Notes under the pieces: model-generated
What the model was told of the DNA's origin: nothing
Databases searched by the model: none
The model's input: the letters and a program-made list of their open reading frames with translations, nothing else
DNA from: Chrysomallon squamiferum
Taxonomy: Eukaryota > Animalia > Mollusca
Direction: 5' to 3'
Assembly: GCA_012295275.1 (NCBI GenBank)
Contig: CM022679.1
Span: 11,904,001-11,968,000 of the forward strand
Length of the DNA: 64,000 nucleotides
Part shown: positions 1 to 14,700 of the stretch, piece after piece
Layout of the letters: every line of letters starts with the position of its first letter
How positions within the stretch are numbered: the first letter of the stretch is position 1
Translations under genes and position numbers: made by a program

Positions 1-733
1 AACATATTTCAAACTACATAAATTAGTGAAGAATTTAGAATTTGTGATGTTTCCTTTTTGTGACACACCCTGTTATATATTCCATGAAGACAAACAGATT
101 TGTTTCGCTAAATTAGTTTTGAAAACGTGATCATAGTGTTAGTAAATACAAATCATCGTCTTTTTTTTAAATCTGTAATTCTGTAAATAGATATATAATT
201 TCCTTATGCTTCTTATTGCTTATTAGGATACAAAACTAAAAAGGTTTTAATTTAATAGAATTCTGGAGTCTGGCTTAGAGAATGGCCTGTAAGATGTTTT
301 AAAAAGGATCATTTGTTGTTATGGTGTTCTACGCATTACAAAATATTTAGATGGAATTTTTTCTAACAGTGCTACTAGGAAAACTAACCAAAGGACTTTG
401 AAAACAGTGCTATCGATTTTCATGCTTGATTAAATAAAATTAGCAAAAACAATATATATTTCATAGTCTAACAACATTTAGTAATCAGAAAACAAACACT
501 AAAATAATAAATAAAATGAATATCTGAATAGCTGTTAGTACAACCTCCTTTTTAGATAAGCATATGCTTTTTAATAAACACACAATTTGAGCATTAAAGA
601 TGATGAAACATTGTACGTTGACCGCTCAATGGTGGAGATTCATTGTACGTTTGGTGGAAAACACCATCTCCACTCCATAACGAATAACAACAACAACAAC
701 AATAACAAAAAATAATAATAAATTATAATATTA

Positions 734-774
<41 letters not shown>

Positions 775-1001
775 AATAATAATAATAATAAATTATAAGT
801 GAAATGAAATAATAATAATGAAACTAATGGAATAAAAAATAAATAAATAAAATAACCCTAAAACAACAACAGTAACAACGACGAAAACATAAACATACAA
901 ATTTTCCACTGCTATAATATTTTTAAATTCATGACTTCTAGTATTTACATAAAATGTTCTATATTACCCATCATCGAATTCAGTATCACTTTCATTTTCA
1001 G

Positions 1002-1102
1002 TTACTGTCAGAGTCCATCGATGATATGCATTACACAAAACTCGGTGATCTAGCATTTGGATGTCCACAAGGTGAGTAGTTTTGGAAAACTTTTCATTAT
1101 AA

Positions 1103-1164
<62 letters not shown>

Positions 1165-3721
1165 GAAAAATAATACGTGGGTTGACCTCATTTTGCTTTC
1201 TGCCGACAAATATTTTATTGTCATTCTAATGAAACTCACTGAAAGTTAAATTCATCATAATAATTGCACCATTCTTGAAGTTCTGCACCCATCACTGATG
1301 TTAGAAGGTTATAATTCATTTGAAAGAAAACAGGAACTACTACTAAAGCTAAGCATTTTTTTTTAAATAAATGTATTTTTTTAATAAAATTATTTGTTCT
1401 TATAACTGAAAAGTATAGTGTAGAACGGTCTGCTTCTGAAAAAAGGTTTTTTTTTTTTTGGAAAGGTTATATTCACTTTATTATTTTTTTTTTTTCCAGG
1501 TTGGAAGTCTTACGGAACTAACTGTTATCTTCTTGTAAATTTTTCAACGGATTTTGAAGAGGCAGAGAAAACATGTAAAAGGTCATTGATTTTGTATTTT
1601 AAAAAAATATTTAAAAAAAAAAAAAAAAAAACATCAAAATCATGAAAATTTTTTTTTTTGTTTTTTTTTTAATTTTGTTCTTTTTTTATATAATTACAAA
1701 TAATCTTTATAATTCTTTTTATATTTCAGCCTACAAGCAAATTCTTTAGGGATAGAAGATGACATTGAAAATCGGGAGATAGCACAGTTTGCAAAATCGG
1801 TTTTCAGATCCAGGTTCTGGAATGGACTCAAATTTTTAGGTATTATCTGTTTAATTTAATCTTTGTTGCCTTTATAAAATATTCTTTACCTTGAATTTAG
1901 AATTTTAGGATAAATGATGTAAAATACACTTTTTGCAAAAGCAGTGGATTTCTTCATGAAATAAGGTGTCAAGGTGATGGTCTAAAAATCAAAATAGCCA
2001 TCTCGAACATTTTATGCACCTGATAATACCTGAATCCTGAATATAATATAATTCCTATATACATCTGCAGTTTGCCATTATGGTGGAATGATATGTCTAT
2101 TTGAATATTTGTTTCTCAGGTATTGAGTCTTTAATATAGAAAGTGAGTTTTACATAATTAATCGTTTGTTGTTGTTGTTTTTTGGGGGGCGTTTTTTTTT
2201 TTTTTTTTTTTTTTGACATAATATAACTCCAAAATGTACCTATTTATTATGTTCTAATTTGTATGTAAGAAAAATTAAAGCGAGGTCCAAAATAAACTTG
2301 GACATTACGTTCACATTGCTATATGATCAAATACTGGTATATTTGAAAATGTCGCGGAATTTATGAAAGCTATACAAAGCCATAATTATTTTCTTATCGC
2401 CATGTAATTAATCACTAAGTATATAATCATGCACTAGATTTATTAATATCAGTTTTTATGTCTATTAAACGTAATTTGACAATAATTTTATTTAAAATTA
2501 AGTGGATTGATAAGTATTGCTCATTCGTTGATAATTATTAACAAGGTCGCAGATGCGTTTTTCCTCCTTTGTTTCCTTAATATTTTATTAGTTTTGCTGT
2601 AAATAAATCATAGATAGTAATGCTATTCCATTTAGTGCATAGAATCAAATAAAAAGACGTTAAAATAAAGACATTTTTGCACGAAGGAAAACGTATTTTT
2701 CTAACATTTATTTAATGCTATTATTTCAATAATTATTTTGAATATGTTTTTTCTTTAATAAACGACACAATGCTTATTTACATTGAGCATTTCAGTACTT
2801 TAACGAAAACAGTTAAATTGATAGTCTAACTTTATATTTCCAGATTATTATTTCATTGTTTTCACCGCTCATTTCCTTCGTAAATGCAGTCGTGATAGCT
2901 CTAGAAATTAAAGAAACTTTTAAGCAAATTCGTTAGCTATTAAGATGATGAAATCAGATATTATATGTGTGTGCAAATAATATGGTAGTGCTAAGATATT
3001 AAAACAAATGTACATTTTTTTTAAAGTTGCACTCTTTTAACTATGATTGGATGGCAAGACAAAAAAAAAAGAAGAAGAAAAAGAGACGAACAAAAAACAA
3101 CAACAACAAGCACACAAAAAGAAACAAGAACAAAACATGAAACGATCTATTTCCCAAATTTTGGTGGACTTAAGAGGAAATAAAATTATCTCTTTCTTGT
3201 TCTCTGCATACCGAATTAGAAATGATTAATATTATAATGATCCGTATACATATTGTAAACAACGTCTTTCCTTTCAACCAGTCTCATAAAGTCCTGTTGG
3301 CATTGCTCGTTTATAACAATGTTAATATTTTGATAATAATTAATACATATACATAATAAACATTAGGCCAGTTCTTAAATGTTTTATCATAGTTGCCAAA
3401 TGGAATATTGAACCTTTTGAGGTACGGTAACTCATTGTTTATAATGATTTATTTTTCAGTGATATTTTGTTCTTCTTTTCTTCGTCGGCTTTTTTTTTTC
3501 TTCTTTGTATACAATACATGTATGTATGTGTATGATTGTATGTATGTATTCAATTTCTTCTTCAGATTCAACCAAGTGTGAAGGTATCTGGGATAATAAC
3601 CAGCCTCCTTTAGACACTGAAAATGGATCTTGTGTGTCTGTTGGTCTAAATGGTCTGTGGAAGATTTCAAACTGTCAAGAATTATTGCCCTTTGTTTGTA
3701 AAAAACCAGCGTGTATCAATG
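1002..3721 (+). CDS. Exons 1002-1071, 1500-1581, 1730-1839, 3566-3721: C-type lectin domain
   Basis: Spliced: ...[51 protein letters not shown]...FWNGL...[25 protein letters not shown], the CTLD Cys/Trp pattern. Confidence 0.85.
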
Positions 3722-6700
3722 GTCAGTATTAGTATCATTATTTTACTGTTATCTTGTAAAAAATAATTTAATCATATTTTCTTTAAATATTTTAAACAAA
3801 TATTAGATATAACTTTTAATTAATTAATTTTTAATTTAGTTAAACTAAACCCCAAAAATTCTTTTTTTTTTCCTTCTTATTTTTCTTTTATATTTTTTGG
3901 ATGATCAAACTTACAAACACAAAAGATATGCCTAGACCTAATTTTAAAAGTAATAATATTAAGTGTACTTTTTTAAGTTGGTAAGGTTTTGGAATGTTTA
4001 AAATTACCTTTGGTGTTACCTATAAATGCATATATGTATATTCTATATATTTTCAGCTTGTTGTTTTAATATTTATGACCATCAGTATGACTCCAAGTTG
4101 TTTTTTATCGCTGAATTATAAGAATGTCATTTTTCATGAAATCATGATGCGTTTTATAATCTAAGAACTGATCAGTAGTTTATTTCTTTATATATATGTC
4201 AGAAAATGATATTTAAATTTGGCCAAAATGTGCATGTGCAGATCGTTCAGATCTTTACAATCAGCAATTTACAATTTCTCCAAAATATGTTAAAAGCTGT
4301 AATTATTGTTAATTTTTATTTTTATTTAAGGAACATCTGACTGTGGCTATGGGAAATGTATAAACACCAAATGGTTTTGTGATGGAATAAATGATTGTTC
4401 CAACAACTTTGATGAAATGAATTGTGGTAAATCCTTAATGTATTTAAAAAGTAAAAAGTAATAACAATAATAGTAATAAAATAAAATGAACTGAATCAAG
4501 TAATTTATAAACAAAATTTTTATTTTAAAATAAGTTATGAATAATGTAATATTATACTGATTTTTTAATGTTGTTCTTATAAGTAGTATATATAGGTATA
4601 TGTGCCTTTGTGTTTGTGGAATATTAACTTATAAAAATGTATTTGTAGAAGATAGATGCTCCTACTATAAATTTGGTGCATCAGGAAATTTCACCCAGGG
4701 TGCTTACAAAGCTAATGCTGATTGCTTTTGGACAATTGAGAGTCCAGTGGGAACCCAGCTACAGTTGACGGTAAATAAATTTAATTTTTATATAAATTTA
4801 TACTTTTTTTTTATCAGCTTTATGATCATTTTACAAATATAAATGGCTCAGAATTATACACTTTATTTAAAAATATATTTTACAGTTTATCCTTCATTTA
4901 TATATAGACCAAATTTAAACAGAAGGTAATTTTATTATTTTTTAATAAATAGTGAAATAATTCGAATACTCAAGATTTATACAGGTTTATACATTGATTA
5001 CTTAATTAAAACATTTTTGATTCCAAATTGTCCAATAGAATATAAAAGAGCACAGCAGGGACATCCTTTTTGCAGATAAAACTTATTTTTTTCAATTATC
5101 AGTTCACTGAAATAAGAACAGAAAAGGATCGTGATATCATTGAAGTGTGGGGAGGCTCGAAGTCACTAGAAGACAGTATTCAGTTGACAACTTTGTCAGG
5201 TGTATCTGATAATAAAGTTGTGTATAGCATCAACAACTTTGCTATCATCAGATTCAGATCTGATGCAACTACAGAATCAAGTGGCTTTGTGGTGGAATGG
5301 AAATCAGGTATTCTGGGTGCAGGAAGATGTAATTAGTTTACTATTAGATTTAAAAAAAAAACAATCTTTGAAGTTATTTTTGTGGTTTCTGAATTAGAAC
5401 TGTACTAGCATTCACTCAGCAGTTTGTGATTCATCAATTCTGAAGGGAACTGAACACACAAACACACACATAATAATTAAAATAGTTTATTGAAATATTG
5501 TTTATGTACATAGTTATTTGGTTATAAAATAAAATAACATTCATTATTTCCATTTTTTAATATGTTTTACATCAGTTAATTATTACTTTATCTTTCATTT
5601 TTAAGTTAATTATTCAAACAAATTATTAAGAAAAGATTGTGGAAACAGTTGGATTTTTTAATAATAGAAACATATAAGAAAAAATATAGAAAAGATATTG
5701 TTCTTCTTAAGTAACTGTTTTCCATTTTGTTTAAATAGTTAGCCTTTGATATTTTTTGTCATTTTCATATTAAACTGAAATAATAATATAACACCAGTCA
5801 ACAAACTAAGTAATTTTAGAATTTTGTTCTAGTAAATTAGTGGCAATAAGTTATCTAAACTGATATTGTTAAGAATTTCTGAGTAATTTTGAAATAACTG
5901 ATAATCCTATTTCTTAACTGCAGATGTTTCAGAGCTGTCAAAAGCTGTTGAAACTATCAGTGTATCAGATAATTGGCTAAATCTGACATCACCATTTTAT
6001 CCTAAAACACCACCTTATGCATTCTCTCGGAAGTGGCTAATCACAACAGAAGTTGGTTCCATTCTAACACTTGAGGTAAGGATGGGGAGGTGATTACTTG
6101 CAGAAGATTTCTCACTGAGAAAGTGTTAATTTATAAATACCAGTAAGATAATGTTGCAATTCTCTTACTATTTAATTATTAATATATAAAAACTATTTCA
6201 TTTTTGGGGTAAGAAGTAAAATATTATTCATTAAAACAGGAAGAAAAATAGTATTCAATATAAGAAGCATTAAATTGTTGGTTTTACAACATAAAAGAAA
6301 ACCTGATATCAAGAAAAAATAACTATAATTGCAGTTGTATTCTGGTAGTTGAGACATAACAGCTGTTGTGAAATCAGTTTATTCCACTGCAGTTTTCTTG
6401 CAGAGGAAAAAATAACAACAAAAAACCCATAACTCAAGACTAACCATATTTAACCATAAATTAAAATAATTTCATAGCAAAATATTTTAAATTTTAAAAA
6501 AAAATACCTGTAATGTACAGCTCCTCGGTAGGTCTTCAGGGGTCCTTAAGAAAATGTACATCTATATTTTTATTTATTAGGTTGTTGAGATTGACTTGCA
6601 GACTGATTGGGAACTGTCCATTTATGATGGAGACTACACTGAAAGCCCAATCATTATAACTAAGTCATCAGATCTGAGGTCACCTGCTATTTACATTTTA

Positions 6701-8473
6701 ACAGGAAACAAAATGAGAATAAATTTAAAGGGAAAGAAAATAGAATCTGGAAAAGGAATCAGGATAAGGATTAAAAGTGGCAAGTATTTGTTGTCACATA
6801 TTTATTTCTCACTGAAGAAAAAAAATTAAAACACCAGTATTACTTTTTACATTAGCATATATATATATATATACTGAATAGGAAAAAAAACTTTTTTGTA
6901 GTATTCTGAGTGCCTCCTTTTTTGTCACTTTTACTTGTTTTTGTTTTGTTTAAATGTTATAAAATGCAATAAAAGACATCACATCAACAGTTCATTTCAG
7001 TTCATCAGTTCATATGCTCAGCATTATTTGTAATATATATCTATAATGTATTAAACATGTTTTGTTGTTTACTTGCAATATTTATTTTCAGGGTGTGACA
7101 TCCAAATACAACAACATTCGGGTGAAATATTCTCTCCTGGTTATCTCAAAAATAAATATCCATCATCCATTGGTTGTTCATGGACTGTGAAGGCACCAGA
7201 ATCTGACAAACGACCTATTCTGCTAAAACTGATTGAATTCTCTCTTACTGACACAAAAGATGTAGTTAAGGTATTCAGAGAACAACTGTAAAGAATTATG
7301 TGTTTTTATTGTTCTAAGTACATCAATATTATTAGGCAGTGTTACATTAGAATTTTTGTTCTTGAAATTAGAAATTGTCAGTAATGTAACTTGTAGATAA
7401 ATTATAATTAATAATCTTTTCAAAATATTTTCTCCAAGAATGTATTTTATGTTCTTAAGTTGAATTCTTTATCAGGAAAACACCCAACAGTTTGGATTAT
7501 TGTTGCAGATATACAATGGAACTGATGCCACTTCTGTTCCTATTCATGAGGGTGAAGGATTTACAGGATCTCTAACAAATGACAAAAAATCAGTTTCTGG
7601 TGGTGATTCTGTTTATTTGACTTTTACATCAAGTCTTATTAAATCTGATGGCCGCTTTAAAATTGAATTTTCAATTGGTAAGCTATCTTTTTCTCTTTCA
7701 CTGAAAACTGTAGACATTTGAATAATTTTTCATCTTTCTTTTTTGTTTTAAATTATGATTTGTATGGCTGAAAGATCAAGATAGTAATTTAGAAGATGCA
7801 ATTATATTAATTCCTTTATTAAAATGTTCAAGACTAAGAGGTAACCAATATACCAAAGAAGGAGACAAAATTGAATTTAATGTATTTATAATGACTTTAG
7901 AAATTAAAATACTAGATCTAAGAAAATATAATTATAAATTACATATTTGTTATTAATGTTTGGCCACATTTATTGCTTTTTTTTTATATTTCTGTATTTG
8001 TAATTTTACCTTTTTTAAATTTTTTTATTTAATTTTTTTTTAATGAATATGTTTGAGTTTTTATCTCAGTACTGGGAATTTTGAAATTTACTCAATATAG
8101 TAGCTCAATATACCTTTTCCTTTCAAATGATTAATTGTCACAAACAGTATTTGTTTTCTATAGTTATATATAAACAGTATTTTGTCATTACAAAAAGATA
8201 CATTCAGCGTGTTGTGCAGTACATTTGTTTTATTTTGTTAGGCTGTAAAGATATACCAACCTCTCCAAATATGACCTTATCATCTGCTAATAAAATGTAT
8301 GACTCACAAGTGACAGTGAGTTGTGATAATGGATACTCATTTAATCAAGAAGAACTGTATCTAAAGGAATCTTTGTTATTAAGTTGTCTAAAAGGAGGGA
8401 AATGGAATGTTACTAGATACCCTTCTTGTGGAAGTAAATTATTATTCTTTTTTAAAAATAAATCTGTGTGTGT

Positions 8474-8514
<41 letters not shown>

Positions 8515-8680
8515 AAACTGCATATTTAAGTATTTAATTTAATAAATGTACACAATTAAATATGTACACACATATGATTAATATGTCATCTCATGCTTTT
8601 TCATATGTACCACCATTATCATTAAAAAATAAGAAGAAAAGAAAAAATATTAATAATAAATAATCAAATACTGAAAAAGT

Positions 8681-8711
<31 letters not shown>

Positions 8712-11700
8712 AAAGAAAAAAAGGTCTGTGAAGTTTACTGTTTATCTTTTTGTTTTTCCTTTCAGTCATTTATTGTGGAGTTCCCAAAGCAATAGATAAT
8801 GGATATATTGCCAACAATAACAGTGAACCTGTTACATTTGGGGCAGAGACTGTATATAAATGTTATGATGGTTTTCAGATGGAAGGTTCACCAAAAGTGA
8901 CCTGTCTTAACAATGGGACATGGAGCACACCACCACAATGCAAAAGTAAGTGTTACTTTAAAAAGTCAAAAGAATTACACCATTACACAAAATTGTTTGT
9001 AATTGTAAATGTATTTGCATGTTCATCATGCCATACCGTATGTTGTGATAAGCTGTTAACAACATGACAGAAAGATGCATATTTTGATTATTAACTAAAT
9101 TATGTTACTCTGACCAGTCCTGAGTCAGTTTTCTAGCTCAATTTGATACCTCTAGGTCATATAATTTGTAAGTGTATAAATTTGAATTTGATTAGGAATT
9201 TTCTTCTCACTGTATCCAGCATCCATCCTGAATAAAGCATATTTCTGATTCCAAGAGTGATTGTTGAGCTGAATTTGATATCTTTTTTTTCAGATAATTT
9301 ACCATTTTTATCCTTTACATAGCGATATGTGAAAAATGCATTTAAAATGTCATCACTGGTTTAGACCTGTGTTTTTATTTATTCAGTTGCTACAACGTTA
9401 AAAGATTTGTAAATTTAAAGAGTATTTTGTTTTGAATATTCTTAGTTTTAACCAATTTATTGTTGTTGTTTTTTACCATAGTATTTTGCATTCTACATTA
9501 TTACATGAATCATTATTACATATTAATATTAAGAACAAATGCCACTAACAGATCTTCAAAATATTGAAAAATAAAATTTTAATTTTGTTTGTAATTTTGC
9601 AGCATCCAGCTGTGGAAATGCACCTGATGTTGTAAATGCCCAAAAGACAATTGTTACAGGAAATGGTAATTCAGCAGGAAGCATAGTGAATTACACATGC
9701 AATTCTGGGTATGACTTACGAGGTCCTCTACAGATTCTTTGTAGATCTGATGGAAACTGGTCCCATGCTCCTCCAGAATGTACAAGCAAGTTGATTTTGC
9801 TTATTCCATTAGTCATCTATGGGTGTTTTAATTCTGAAGAATATGAAATCAAAGCATAATCATAAATTAATAATTCTTTGTTGTATTTTTTAAAATAGTA
9901 AATTTCTTAAGTAGTAATAGAAATGAATCTTTTAGTGATATATTTAACAAGTTCCCTCATCAACAGAAATTACATCCACATCCACATCTGAAACATAAAT
10001 GAATATATTGAAAAAGAAACATATAAATATCTTTTTGATAAATTCTTTTTCCTCTATGAAATCTTTTAAAAATTTATAGCATAAGAATAAATTGTAATTT
10101 TTCATTTTAGAAATTTTATGTCCATTGCCAAAAATCATGTATGGTGATTTTTCTGCAAATGAGCCTGTTTCATTTGGTGACTCTGTTACACTGACTTGTC
10201 AAAATGGTTATTTGATAACCAACACAACAACAAACACAACAGTTTTACAGTGTCTGGATTCAGGACAGATTGAGGAGTCATCTTGTGAAGGTATGTAAAT
10301 ACAGTAAAATATTGTTGTTATTGTAAATTGGATTAATGTTGTGGGTATTTTTGTGCACAGAAAAGATTAAATAATAAAATGCCAATTATGCATTGTTTGT
10401 ACATTTGTTGAGAAACTGCAATGTTCATAATGCTTTATTTCCTGTTACATGACCCATTCTGAGTAAAGACATTCTGAACTTGATAAGATGCCAATTAACA
10501 TTCTTTAGTTGCAAAACAGTAAATGTAATTGCCATTGTTTGAATTTGTTCACCTTAATTAGTTTTGTAATTTGAAACTATTTATAACCTGATTGAGTTAA
10601 TTATTCCAGATTTATTAATAATTTTGTTAATGTTACTATGAACATTTGTTGACCTTTAAAAAATGTATTTATTATTAACAGGATTAATTGAAGCAAAAAT
10701 CACAATATCAATTATAATTTTTATTGCATTTATAATTTTTTAATATTTATTGTATGCAGATAAAGATGAATGTTCAAGTCATGAAGATAACTGTTCACAA
10801 AATTCTGAATATTGTGTGAACACAGTTGGATCATTTCAGTGTAACTGTAAAGAGGGTTATATGAAAAATGGTACTACATGTAATGGTAAGTAGTTATTGG
10901 TATTAATATGTGTTTGTAATACTCTCTGATTTTTTTAACACTGGCATGAAAAAGAAAATAACAAAACAAAATGTCACTATAAAAAGTTTTCTTTACCAGT
11001 AAGAAGGTCATAGGATATGAACTTGTTGAATTCAATAATTCAAAATTACTTTTACAAAGTACAGTGATAACCTAATGAAAATGAATTATAAATAATTTAA
11101 ATAATGAATAAAGGTGAAATATTTATTTTGTGTTGTTGTTGTTGGTGTTTTTTTTTAGATATTTTGGAATGTAGCATAGAAAAATAGATGATAAACTAAA
11201 TAAATTAATAATAAGAATACATGTTCTGTGAATTTTATCAAAGTTGGGTTAATACTTTCTGTTAACAGATATAAATGAATGTAATGAGAATAATGGTGGT
11301 TGCAGTCAAATGTGTGTAAATACAGTTCCTGGTTACAACTGTCAGTGTAATGAAGGTTATGTTCTTTTCACTGAAAATGGGACCATGAATCGATTCATTC
11401 CTAATGGAGAAACAGGACTTAGAGAAGGAGATGTTTACTATATCAACCATACATGTGTTCGTAAGTTTATTTAATTGTTTCATTACTGATTAAATGTTTG
11501 AGAAAATTAATATTGATATAAGATTAATATAAGATATTTTCATTGGCTTATGATATTTTGTATAGCAGATAGCAATGAAACCATATAAAGTGTTTGGCAA
11601 ATAATAAGACAGCTGGTGAAAGTCTCTAGCTTTAAATTATTCTGCCAAGAATTACTAAATATTTTTATATCCGGCCAAAGTGTCTTAGCTAAGTTTAAGT

Positions 11701-14700
11701 CTGTTAGTCAATATTTTCTTAAATTTCAGCTGTGACTTGTCAAAGGCCTTCTAATCTTACAAATGGAATTATTCACAGTCTCAGGTCTGTATTTTATTTT
11801 AATGAGTCTGTTGAGTTCAGCTGCTCATTAGGCTGGAAACTGAATGGTTCAAGTATTTTGAGCTGCCAATCAAATGGAAACTGGAATGAAACTCAACCTG
11901 TTTGTCAAGGTAATAGAATAATCAGAAAACAGTTCTTAATTGATATGTTATGCTCATAAACTGTATATTAATTAATGTTAGAATTGCTTTAGCTTTGTTG
12001 TTTTTTTTGTTTTTACATTATTAGAGATTTGAATGGTAAATTGAAGTTGATTTTTAAAAGTGTTTTTGTAAGTTATTGCATTCTTAAAAACAGAATTGCA
12101 AATAATTTAAACATAAATGACAAGTCTTCAACTTTTTGATTGTCTTATGTGTTTCAGCTGTAACCTGTCCCAAATTAGAAGTTATCCGCACATCAGTTCA
12201 GGGAGAACGAGTACAGAAAATAGTTCCTGAAACTGATGTTGGATTTGGTGAAGAAGTCAGTTTGGAATGCATACTGGAAAATGGGTCATTAATAAACAAA
12301 ACCCTTTACTGTGCATATGATAATCAGACTAAATCATACACACTTCAAGGAGACACTCCTGAGTGTCCAGGTGAACTGTTAAAAAATGTATCCAAAATAT
12401 TACAATCCTTGCAATGCTCATAGCAGAGAAAATATATTAAAATGTGGAACAATAACACTTACTCCTTCCTCTTAGTAATTAATAGCTACATTTTGACAAA
12501 TGTTATTATCCTTTTGATTTGTTAGCTTTTCTTTATATACAGGCATATTTTTATATTTTACTAATTGATATAAGAACCCAGTATTTCAGAATTGATTGTG
12601 AATGGGGTTTTAAAGATGTCTTTTGACCATGTAAAGTAAAAATTTTATTTGGTTTTTGACTAACAATTAATCATAGTGAATTAATATTTGGTTTATTAAC
12701 ATTTTTTAATAGTCATATTTCTTCATTTATTTGTAAAACTTAAAATTATGAAAATATAGTTTTGTCTATATATAACTGTGAGAATAAAAGATGTTTAATG
12801 TTTTCTTCACAACACTTTTTACATTAGGGCATGATTAAACAAAATAGAGTAGATGAATATTTGTTAGAATAATCAAATTTATTACTTATCATATTAATTT
12901 TATTGCACAATTATTGTTCTTCTTTTCATTTGAAAAATAATTTGAAAACAATTAACTCAATTAAAATCCAAGCAATACAGTTCATTTTGTAAATGCTTAT
13001 CTCAGAATTAATTTTAGTTTAAATTATTTTATGAAACCATTTATTAGTAGTATTATTTTTTTAACCTGATAAATTTATTATTGTTTCCTTAACCCACTGT
13101 ATTTAATTATGAAACTATATAAATATAATAAACTGAAATGTTCTTATATTATATCTTCTTTAATGTATATAACTTTTGTAGTTGTTGACTGTGGAGAACC
13201 AGAGAAAATACCAGGAATGAAAATACCCACTGTGTTTAACACAACAGTAAACAGTAGCTTTACATTTGAATGTATTGAAGGAGCAGCTCCTGCTGGATTC
13301 TCATCAGATGGAAGTAATACTACTGTAACCTGTCTAGCAAATGGCAGATGGAGTTTTGGAAATCTAACATGCAAAGGTAGGAATATTAATAGTGTTACTG
13401 AGTAACTTTTACTATTGCTGTTATTATTGTTATTGTTGTTTGTTATTTAAATATCACTATTTATTCTTGTAATCAGAAATGTAATATACTTTACATTTTG
13501 CCTCTCAGTTTTGGTATTAAAAATGTATGGCTGTTTTATGGTTGAAATATGTGATTATGGAAATCTTGTGTAATAGAAGTAACCTAGTTAAAATATAAAA
13601 ATGTTTTAACTTGAAAGAAATAGAATATTTTGTTATGAAATGATTAAAAACAAAAAAGTAAGCACCACAATAGTGGAATATTGAAACCAGCTTAGAGAAA
13701 TCTACTTTTTTTGCTTTTTAAATAGAGAATAATGACAATCAAATTTGTTTCTAAGATATCAATGAATAATAATTCAATCAAAATCAAAATATATGAATGT
13801 GATTTTCTTTGAAAACAGTAATTTTTCCTCAGAGATACCTATACTATTGGTTATACAGTTAATTGGAAACACCAATCTTTTTTGAATGCTTTGGAGACAA
13901 CTCAGTCAGATGGAAGAAAATTAATGTCTTTAACCAGATTAAATATATTTTTCTGTATTTTCTAAAATGTTTAGCATAAAGCTATGAGAAAAACTTAAAC
14001 ATTAGATGTGACATGTGTTTTAATGTTATTTCTTGTTAAATATAAGAACCAAACTTTCTAACATAGTGCACCTAGCTTGGTTTTTCACTTGAATTACTAA
14101 GAGGGAAAAAAAGTGTTTTCAGCAAATACACTTCATATAATTTAGAAATTGTGTATGGTACTTGAATGTTTTAACACTGGTAAGAAATGCTTCATTTTAT
14201 CAAAGTACTGTGTTATATAATGGGGCAGAGGTTTCATTTAATATAGTTTGAATCCAATTTCAGTCTGAATAAAAATCTTGTTTTCTTTATAATTTTCATT
14301 ATGAAGCTGAACGATGTCGTGATCCTGGCACACCTGGTGGTGGAATGCAAATAGCTGATAGTTATGAGGGAGGCAGTTTTGTTTCATATAACTGCACCAG
14401 GCCTGGCTATACTCCAGATCCACCTGAACCACTTTTTTGTGTTATTAATTCTGATGGAACTGCTAACTGGAATGGAACCATGCCAAGATGTAAAGGTACA
14501 TTTTATGGTTATAATCTACTAACTCTCTTTCATGTCATAAAATTTCTAAGCCTAACAATTAAAATTATAAATAGTCCATTATTTACAATAAATGCTAATT
14601 TGAATTTTTTTTTTTAAATTTCTGTATCGTAATAATTCATTTCCACTTGTTTCTTTTTTTCAGATACAACACCACCCCATTTTACAAACTGTCAAAATAT

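Noticed and set aside
964-1239. Minus-strand poly-Leu ORF resembling a signal peptide or TM segment
   Set aside because: It is the translation of the (AAT)n microsatellite and lies antisense to a real exon.
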